A program made the translations under genes and the position numbers. From NCBI GenBank assembly GCA_965235115.1, contig OZ249445.1, positions 12,400,001 through 12,464,000 on the forward strand: a stretch of DNA of 64,000 nucleotides. Reading direction: 5' to 3'. This document shows, piece after piece, positions 26,501 through 35,790 of this stretch (position 1 is the first letter of the stretch; each line of letters opens with the position of its first letter). The notes under the pieces were generated by a model. The model had not been told where the DNA came from and ran no database searches. It saw only the letters and a list, made by a program, of their open reading frames with translations. The stretch comes from Laetmonice hystrix (Eukaryota).

Positions 26501-29500
26501 TACTTAAACCTTGGAACTTAAGTCACCCCGGGAGGTGACTTGAGCCACCTGACCATGTCCATGGACAGGGAAATGGCATCTTGGATTTGTTTTTCTATCC
26601 GTTGTGCCTCATGCAGAGGTTAGAGGTTGTGATTTAGTATTTTATTTGAGCAAAGTCAAATAGATTGAGGCCAAAAGCGTGACATTTATCCCAGAAATAC
26701 ATGTCTTCGAATCAGTATGAGATATATATCAGTGTGAAATATATAATATGAACAGGATCAGTCTGTCTGTTTAACCATTTTATTGATAGGTAATTTCAAT
26801 GTTTAACCCTCTATTAACCAGTGTAGCTCACGCGCTACATGAATTAATAGGGCTAATTTGGTGGCCAAGTTATTTCGTGTTTACCTTTATTAACCAACGT
26901 AGTATATGAGCTACTACTACTAAGTCGTTTAATAAACACTAATTGGCAGCACCCTTAATTGATTGCCTATGAGCCGGTAGACAAGATGGCCGCCTCTACC
27001 GGTGGAAACCAGAGTAGATTAAAGGTGGGGGTTCTTTGATAATCTCAGTACCCTACATTATAAATACTTCTGAAATTTTTGTTGTCATTCGATACCTAGA
27101 ACATCTCTAGTTTATGTATGCATACAATACTTTAAAAAAAATGGTCCATCAATTTTGAAGCGGAGCATGCCAAATTCTGTGTAGCACACATGCTACACTG
27201 GTAAATATCCCATGGATCAGTTAGGGTCAGTCAGTGTGAGGGTCATTTGGGGTGTGTGTGTAGGGGTCACTCGGGGGTGTGGGGGTAGTGGCGGTGTGTC
27301 AGGGGTTAAGTTGGGAGTGTGGGGCGAGTCGGGGACTCGGTCAGGGTTCCCCCGATTGACCGCCCCCCTAGTGACCCCCCTTTCAAATCCCCCCACGAGT
27401 CACCGCCACTGACCACCGAACGTGGCTGAGCCCCCCCCCCCCCACACACATCCCGACTGAGCCCTAGACTGACTGCCCCCCGACTGACTGCCCCCCCCCC
27501 CCCTGACATAACCCCTCCCCTGACAGACTCCGCCCAACATAACCCCCTCCCCCTGACAGACCCCCCCCCCCCCCCTTGACTGACCGACACCCGACTGACC
27601 GATCCCCGGCTAACTATCCCTGATTCACCCCATTGACCCCCACCCCTGACTAACTCCACACCCCTACACCCTTTTACACACCCGGAGGGTTAGTGTGGGG
27701 CTCAGTCGGGGTGTGTGTGTTAAAAAGCCCGATACACACGATCCAACAAGTTGGACCCAACACGGTTGGATCCAACTTGTTGGTTGGAGTTGGGTCGTGT
27801 GTGATATCATCAAACAGCCTCTATCCAACAATTTTTTTTGTTGGATGAAGTTGAACTCGTCTCTACTTCATCCAACAAGTTGGATGGTGTCAAATGTCAG
27901 AACACTACAAGAACCAATCAGAAGTTCTCCAGCAAATATGTGACCCCGCGCCACATGGTTTGAGGTCAGCAAAATAGCGTCAGGGAAGCAGACGAGATGT
28001 GCATGGTCTACCGAAATGCTGGTACCTCTTCCGAATAATTAGGGCCATGATAATAATGAATAATTATTATTAATAATAATAATAATAATCCCATGATCCC
28101 CAGTGATGCTATACCTTTATCGTGGCCCGCCTATCTGACTCCATCTTTACAGCATCAGCTAAATAATAGCCTTGGCCTTGTCTGTGATATACTTATAAAT
28201 TTTATAATAGATGTCAAGAAATGGAGGGAAAATCCACTGTGTGTTGGAGGAGGTTGGATAGAAAAGTGTGATCGTGTGTGTGGCTCAAGTTGGATCCTAC
28301 TTTTCATCAGATTTGTTGGGTCCAACAAAAAGTTGGATCGTGTGTATCAGGCTTTAGGGGAGGAAGGTCATCCGGGGGGGGGGGGCGGAGTCAGTAAGGG
28401 GGTGAGTCGGGGCGGGGGTAAGTCGGGGGTCAAAGTCAGGGCTCCCCCGATTGACCTCTGACCCCTCCCTACTACCCCCCCCCCCCCCAGTCACTCCCAC
28501 TAATCCAGCCCAACCCCCTACTGACCCCCTCCCTCCCCACACACACACCGATTGAGCCCCTGTGACTGCCCCCCCCCCCCCGCCTAACTGAATCCCTCCC
28601 CCCGACTGACTACTGACCTCCAACTGACTGACCCCAACTGACTGACCCCATCTGACTGACCCCACTACCTACCCCCTCTGAGCCCCACCCCTACTGAACC
28701 CCGACCCTCCCCTACAGATATGCACCCCAACTACCCCCTATCAACTGACTGCTCCCCCGACTGACTGCTCCCCGACTGACTGAGCCCCAGTCTGACTTGC
28801 TGTACATATTTACCAGTGTAGCTCACGTGCAACATTTTCTGACCTTCTCCCACCCTGCCCTGACTGAGCCCCCGACTGACAGACCCCCATACTTACCTCC
28901 TCTGAGCCCCCACCCCAGACTGACCCCACCCCCACAGATAGGCACCCCGACTGCCCCCACCTCCTTGACTGACTGCTCCCCGACTGACTGAGCCCCAGTT
29001 CCACTGGCTATTTACCAGTGTACATGGTATAGATCACCGACCATGCAGTCGTGAGTTAGGAATAGGCCGTTCTGTATCGAATACCCGTTCCGTTTTTACG
29101 CACATCTTCACGAAATGGACGCGTTGTGCATTGTGTGCAGCCCAACCCTGCATGTAACTTGACCACAAGTCAATGTTACATACACCAGTGTTAAATTACA
29201 ATCACCAGATGGTAAAAGAGCAGTATTAGAATGCCTTGTAGTGAAGGATGTTACCAATTTTGGCATAAGAAGGCAATGTATGACAAAATTTGCTTGACAA
29301 TAATAAACGGCACTGTATTCAACAATTTTAACTTTTTTAAAAAGAAATGTCAATGTTACACAACCTTCAGGCGGATAACTATAAAATGAGGAAGTGTTGC
29401 AAGACTTTATTTATGTTAAAAATTATTCTGGCCCACAAACTTCAATTACATGTTCAAGTGGTCATGGTAAACTACTCCATGGTCGGAGTTAGGAGTGCCC

Positions 29501-30205
29501 AAGCCAAAGGGGCAGGGCCCCTCCACCAGGCTCCTGCAACCCCCACCCCACCAACATGTAGGCCATCCTAGGCCTAGCCCTGCCATGGCTGCCATGACCA
29601 TGACAGCTGGCCACCTGTCCCATCCCACCGGCCTAGCTGTCCAAACTCGTGCCCTGGCCGGCCCACCCGCCCACCCTCCCGCTCTGCTAGCCGGGCCAGG
29701 CAGGGACTCGGAGGCAGCAGCCCGCCGCTCGCACTAGTACTAGTAGTAGTACGACAACACTCAACGTCAACAGTCAAAGATATGCATGCATCTACATCTG
29801 TGACTTGAAAAACATGAATATATTATCATTATGAAAGTCTTTATCCCATTAGTCTGATTAGACATTAAATTCCGACAGCCTGCACACAATGGGTACGAAG
29901 TGGCATGGGTACGACTTGGATTGGGTACGAAGTGACATGGGTACGACCTGGTTTAGGTACGACCTGTCCCGAACTCCTAATATCTCTAGATCTATACAGA
30001 AAAAAAAAGAATAAATAATCGAATGTTCTAGAATATCAGGTGGCAAGTGAATAGACTGTTGTAAGCCTATGTGGCTGAGTGCCCCCATAAAACTTGCCTG
30101 ATCTGCGGCCGACTTGTCAGACACCTCCTCGGGCTTGGGCGGGCTCGCCTCTGACTTTCTCCCGAACGGAAGATAGGACGTGACACTCTGGTAAATACGA
30201 GACAT
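23538..30205 (-). CDS. TMEM263: Transmembrane protein 263-like (UPF0444/C12orf23 family), ~161 aa, 3 coding exons
   Basis: Last exon 23740-23538 encodes DPQAQPGLMWRAASGIYGTASSAVGMGVGGIKWVANTG...RVPQVIKRKDKKE*, matching the recalled TMEM263 QQPG..R..GG...GA.GA..GG.AW core and KKDK end. Middle exon 24290-24116 (phase 0-1). First exon 30205-30098 ends at CAG|GCAAGT (GC donor, phase 0). The last exon is the most secure; exons 1-2 are inferred. Confidence 0.75.
23823..23980. mobile_element. MITE in the last TMEM263 intron
   Basis: Perfect TIR CAGGCCTCGAATTA / TAATTCGAGGCCTG; flanked by TTATAA on both sides. Confidence 0.8.
24947..25033. repeat. Left terminus with five 16-bp subterminal repeats (fold-back/MULE-like end)
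   Basis: CGGGACA followed by 5 x (c/g/a)(t/g)TCGTACCC(A/G)NGCCA-like units; its reverse complement is at 29890-29971. Confidence 0.75.
27180..29022. repeat. G-rich/C-rich low-complexity fold-back block bounded by a 17-bp inverted repeat
   Basis: GCTACACTGGTAAATAT (27192-27208) vs ATATTTACCAGTGTAGC (28806-28822), with a second right copy at 29009-29022. Interior alternates GGGTCAGTCAG-rich and CCCCGACTGACTG-rich tracts; the motif CAGGG(T/C)TCCCCCGATTGACC occurs twice. Confidence 0.75.
27727..28352. mobile_element. MITE nested in the G/C-rich block
   Basis: 21-bp TIR GCCCGATACACACGATCCAAC / GTTGGATCGTGTGTATCAGGC (1 mismatch); internal GTTGGA/TCCAAC sub-repeats and a (TAA)n tract near 28060-28090. 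Confidence 0.75.
29890..29971. repeat. Right terminus with 16-bp subterminal repeats, inverse of 24947-25033
   Basis: TGGGTACGA(A/C)-based 16-bp units ending in TGTCCCG; aligns unit by unit with the reverse complement of the left array. Confidence 0.75.
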
Positions 30206-30599
30206 TTCTTCACCTAATCTTCACCCAGCTATCTGACTAGTCGTGCGTGCGTCCCTCCTCCAGCGACGCTTCCAATCGGCGGAGGACCACCAACGGCTCT
30301 CACCAGAATGGTCGTAGAAATGGATGCTCTGCACCCGATCTCAGCTGGCAGTCAGTGCCAACGGGGCAGCCTCGCTCGAAACCCGTTCAATCTAGTCCAC
30401 GCTGGCCCAGTTTCGCTCACGTAAACAATCCGACTTTACCACGGATCTAGGCCGATGCCCTTGCCTTGGTTTGGGGCTTTGTTTGAGTCAAGATTTCTTT
30501 GTTGACGAAAGATATGGCTCTACCATTACTGCACCACACTTAAGATCTGTGATCAAATGCTTGTCGTGTCTGTAATTTTCAACCCGACAATACTACTGT

Positions 30600-30880
30600 G
30601 ACTGGCATTCACGGATCTCTGCAACATCAACTCTGCATCGCTGTTTGTAAACGCGACATCCTCCATCAGCAACCTGCCCTATTTTATGTGTGTCGCCATC
30701 TGGTGTTAAAAAGCGGAAGTACTGAACAGCGAGAACGAGATTTCATCGAGAAGGTAGTTTGCGCGTGCGCTAAATATTTTTGACGAAGGGGTGAACGAAC
30801 TGGAAGAATTTATGATGTTGTTTCGCCAATATTATCTGCAACAATGGATCTAGATGCATCTGACTAACCGTAGGAGGTAA
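30600..30880. promoter_or_regulatory. CpG-rich promoter region upstream of TMEM263, possibly bidirectional
   Basis: GCGGAAGT (ETS-type, 30713), CGCCATCTGGTG (CTCF/YY1-like, ~30694) and a strong plus-strand donor GAG|GTAAGT at 30877. Confidence 0.4.
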
Positions 30881-31296
30881 GTAGTTATAAAATGGGGGGA
30901 ACCAGACAACCAACATGCGAAATATATTATTGATATTTGAGAGTATGACGTTTCAAAGATCAACCTGTCAAAATGCTTCCCGGCTGCTCAGGCACTGACT
31001 GTCAACAACAACAACACTGTCGGTGGCAACTGTCAGTCAGTCACTCAGTCAGTCAGTGTGCCCGTCGCTCCATAGGACGAGTCAGTCATTGCTTTTCGAG
31101 ACTCTTTGAACAACTGCATGAATATGTGATAATCTCGTAAGCTAGTTCTACCATGTCTACTGCCTGAACCTAATATGAAATGTCGGGGACATAGGCCTAT
31201 ACTGGCTATAGCCTATAGGGAGCGCGCAGCGTGTGGTAGCACTAGTGCTGTGGTAAGTGGATGTTAAAGTCTAACGACTACGACTACGGCGAGGTA

Positions 31297-32183
31297 CAGT
31301 CTTTTAGGCAGTTCCGAGAATTAGGTAGTTGCGAGAAATGTGAGATTCGCTCAGGCGTAGTTTTGAAAGATTTCATTCTGACACATATTTGATGTCAGGG
31401 TAGTAAAGCCTTACATATTTTCTGGCTCTGATAAAAAAATCGCGATATTTTGGCCATCCGTGTTCGCGTGACACAGCGGGTTACATCCAGTTGCGGACGG
31501 CACACATTAGCGGGCGCTGACGCAAAACGGGAGCTTCGAACATTGGAGCACCGTTTCTCCAAAACCAAACTGAGCTCAACCTTCTTTTTTGCTAAGGTGA
31601 AGTGACAATACCACTACAATAAACTGGCAAAGTTGTATGATGTTTACACGTAGTGCCAGAATATTAGCAGCATAAATGCTCGTGTGGCAATTCAGGTAGT
31701 TGCGATAAGTCATGCCTAGATGGCGTGTAGGACCGTAGATCTACACGCCATCTAGTGACATGCAAAGTAACATGCAAAGATGGATGCCCACATCCACAGC
31801 GCTTGTAGGTGTACTCGTACTCGTCTGTCTTACTATGAAAAATCAAAAGTTTGACAAAGAAAAGCTCATTTACCATAATGTAGTGGTTTATTAGGCCCAT
31901 AATATGGCACGATAACATCTTGAAACGGGCCCTCATCGCCGGCATCTTTTCACGAGATGGCGTTTCTTGCAACTACCGGAAGTGTATCGGAACTGGCCAA
32001 AATCCGACCAGTAAACTTTGGCACATCACAAACAAATGAATTGACATCGAGTTCTAAGCTTTATATGGATAAAACACGGATGATTGCTCGACAGATCGAC
32101 CATCCTTTTACATATCCAGGATATGCCTGAAGATTGTCAGTAGCGGATATCAAAAGCGCTTCTCGGAACTGCCTAAAAGACTG
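31297..32183. mobile_element. Non-autonomous Tc1/mariner(pogo)-type DNA transposon, 887 bp
   Basis: Perfect 24-bp TIR CAGTCTTTTAGGCAGTTCCGAGAA / TTCTCGGAACTGCCTAAAAGACTG; TA on both flanks; no transposase ORF recognised. Confidence 0.85.
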
Positions 32184-34323
32184 TACTGCGGCCTAACGAT
32201 CACAGGTAGACTAGTATGAATATCTATTCATCAGGTACTCCAACAAGTCAGAGTCCTAGTCCTTACGTCCATACGGACTCTGACCGTCAAGTACAAATGC
32301 GCCAGCGACTGCTATGCTGCCGGGGTTCTATCTCGGTCCTATCGCGCATCATCGCCTCAAGGTCATGTTTCAGACCACTTTTGGCACTGAAACTTCCTGA
32401 GAGTACACAAAAGAGGTTACTTCAACAGATACGTAAATGTATTTTGTTGGATGTTATCTTAGTAGGTGAAATTCTCAGTTTGTTTGGTCAAATACAGCGC
32501 AGTGCTGGTGACGAGCGGTGACCCAGTTTATCGGGTGTGCGTATTTTCTATCTCTACAGTGGATCCGGAACGGACCGCATAAGTAGGTCGCGCTCTGTTC
32601 AAGCAGACGCTGACGGCACAGAGTGAAGCTACCCGTTTCGGGTACCAGTAGCGATCTAACTTTTATCAGTTCCCGGTCACTCGGTGCACCGCAGATGGCT
32701 GACGGAGCTACGGACCCGACTTGCTCGTAAACAACCGGACCGTGTGGACGTTATATTTGTCCAATAATTATAATCAAGGTCGGAATAGAAATTTCAATAC
32801 CGTGGCTCTCTATAAAAATCGATTTCATACTCCGTGGATGAAGTTTAGTACCAAAACAAAGGCCGCGAAGTTGCGATAACGGACCTCTTCGCAGAGCGTC
32901 CGAGAGTCGCTAGGCCAGCGTCACTCGACAACTAAACGGTGTTCTGGAAGACACCGTTTAGAAACTGAACTATTCATCAGGCAGAAATGATTGAGAGCTA
33001 ACCCTAACCTTAACTAATCCTAACTGTATCTATAGCCCAATCGAGCCCGACGATCATACTCGGAAACAAAGCGGCGGTGTGTCGTACTGGATGTTGACAC
33101 CGGAAGTCGCAGTCGGCGGAAGTGGGCTTTCAGCGCTGGCGGCGCATAGCGGGATTTGAGGGAACTAGTTTTGAGAATCGCACAAGCCAAAGTAGTTTAC
33201 AGACAGCGATCGGCTGGTGAAAGTATAGATCCCATATTTCTCCTTCAGTCATTGGAGCCATAATTTAATTAGGCTATAGCTGGAATATTTTTGTATTCTT
33301 TACGAGTTTCTCATTAATTGACATTTTTTCGACCAATCACAATCGAGAAAATCCCGCAACTCGGACATTCAAGATGGCGCCGTGCATGGACTGCGGTCCG
33401 GTTACCATCCGGTTTAAGTTGTTGGCTTGGTTGATCGGGCAGAGGTTGAGAAGATCTACGTACGTTGCCATAACAGCGCTTCGGCGGCGCGCGCTGCGCG
33501 CTATTACCTAGTCTAGTGAAAAGGCGGTGTCTGGACGTTTCGCCGACCATTTCGAGCGCCGACACCGACCACTTCGAGCGCGACTATTTCACAACTCGGC
33601 CTGTATTTCACAACTTCTGTTCTCAGAAGTCGGCAAGAATTGCATCCCTATCTTTCGTAAGATGATACTAGGCTATTATTCATATTGCGACATTGACAGG
33701 GCCCTCCCTAAGCACGCTCGAACGTGGCCGCGCTCAACTGTCTCGATCGAAATCTACCCCCGATCGAAATCGGCCGCGGACGAGAGGGCGTAGAATGCGG
33801 GCGGCTCCACCGGCGGAGCACCGCTCAACTCGTTGCCGCTCGAACTCAATCGCGCTAGAGTCCAGTAGAGAATAAATAATTCTTTCCTTTCTAGATCTGT
33901 GTGGTTATGCAGGTGACGTATTTTGGAGGGACAAAAAACTGAGGTGTACATTTATAAATAGGCCCTGGACAAAGAAGCCAATGAATCGTGACCCGACTCT
34001 GCCAATGCCCAACATAAACATAAACATAACCATGCTGTTTCCCTCCAAAATACCAAATGACATCACTGAATAGCAAATAAATAGGGCGCGTGACACCTTA
34101 ACAAGTCTAAAGTCTGCATAATTACAGGTATAGTATTGCTTAATGGCAAAAATGCTGCAGCAACAGCCAGGCTCATATCAAGGCAGGGATTTTGATGGTT
34201 TTACGCCAGTTTTACTGACTGTGGCAAAAAAAACACTCATTTACAGCGATTTTACTTACAGAGCCAAAATTTTACTGATGCTCACAAATAAGGCAAAATT
34301 TTACTGACAACTGACAAAACAAT

Positions 34324-34841
34324 AGTCGAATTTACACCGCACTTCTGGGCCAGGCACGGAACGGTACGGCAGGCCCAAAATCTGGTGTAAATTCGACCAT
34401 TTGAGTGGATCGTGCCGTTCCGTGCCTGGCCCAGGGGGCCCAGTAGATTAGGTGTGCTCGGCACGGAACGGCACGGAACGGCACGGAACGGCACGGAACG
34501 GCACGGCCCAGTAGGCGGTGTAAACGCAACCGTGCTCTTCCGTACCGTGCCAAAGCCGTACTACAAATGATATAGTGATGTAACAATTGTCTTCATGGCT
34601 ATCTCCATAATAATCAGCGACGTCAGGAACAATGCACAATAGTGCTACGTCACAATGGGATGTGATCATAACGGGTCCTAAGTTAGCACGGAACAGAAGC
34701 AGTGTAAATGCAAGCAGGCCAGGCCCAGTTTATTATGCTTTCAGCTAAATTCAGGTGATGTGCGGTGTAAACGAAAAACGGGCCAGGTCCGGGCCAAATC
34801 TGACAGTGGGCCTGGCCCAGAAGTGCGGTGTAAATTCGACT
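34324..34841. mobile_element. MITE with 32-bp perfect TIR and AAT target-site duplication
   Basis: TIR AGTCGAATTTACACCGCACTTCTGGGCCAGGC; AAT at 34321-23 and 34842-44; internal (GGCACGGAAC)4-5 tandem at ~34459-34506. Confidence 0.88.
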
Positions 34842-35790
34842 AATGACCCCCTTAAAACCCTCCTATAATCACAGTATCATGACAGTAATCATTCAGTATA
34901 TATCCAACCTTATAACTAGTTCTCACCTCACCACAGCATAGGTGTAGCCCTGCCCCGAGCCTGGCCCTGGCCAAGGCTCGGCACTAGGCATAGCCCTAGG
35001 CATAGCCAATAATAATGACTTTAGTTTAGGTGGTACCCAGAGGTGATCGCAGTTTTATCTGTGGGCTAATTATTAGATTCTATGGATTCAGCTTGACAAT
35101 AATCATTGATAATGATATGTGTCTGGCCAAAGAATAAGTATTGGAGGAAACGTGAGATAGCGCCACCAGAGGTGGAGAAACCTGTGGTGGTGAGATCGGG
35201 TTCTAAAACAAACTATGGTCTCGCAGGCTGTTTTTTTTTACCATTTTTGCTCTGACACAAGCAGCCGTAAACGACACTGATTGGCTGTAAACGTTTCAGA
35301 CAGGCAATTTCACTCAGGACTGTATACAATGATTCGGATTTGGGGGATTATGCCCGAGGAGTTCTGTAGTTTGTGGTAAACAGAATTTAAATTTTTTATA
35401 GCAGGAGTGCTGCTCATCTCTCGCTGGAAGGCTGAGAGATGAATGTTTTGTCTAAACAGGGTCCAAGATCTATGTTTGGTATCGCATAGCAATTTGCAAT
35501 GTAAAACTATGACTTGTGCGATGCATTTTTACCCTGGTGTTGCTGAAAATATGGCTGAGCTACCAAATTCGAATATTTTAATTAGATAGAAAATAGCTAC
35601 TTTTAGCAAAAATTGTGATGCATTTTTTCTCAAACATTTCAGGCCCTGCTAAATATAGGCCTGCTTAAGTTAGCCATAGCCTGGCCCTAACAGTTAGGCC
35701 CTATCCAACTAATTGATATTTAATATTATTACAGACCTACCATTAGAAAGAACCTTGCTTGCAGACTGGTGTGTGAAGAAATCTGACAAA

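Noticed and set aside
25358-29777. GC-rich ORFs (25358-25714, 27306-27659, 28354-28665, 29495-29737 etc.)
   Set aside because: By-products of low-complexity G/C repeats with few stop codons; no protein motifs.
32998-33030. Telomere-like CTAACCCTAACC
   Set aside because: Only about two degenerate units; common in short interspersed elements and not an interstitial telomere array.
34282-34669. ORFs with repeated VPFRAVPCRS
   Set aside because: Translations of the GGCACGGAAC decamer repeat inside a MITE.
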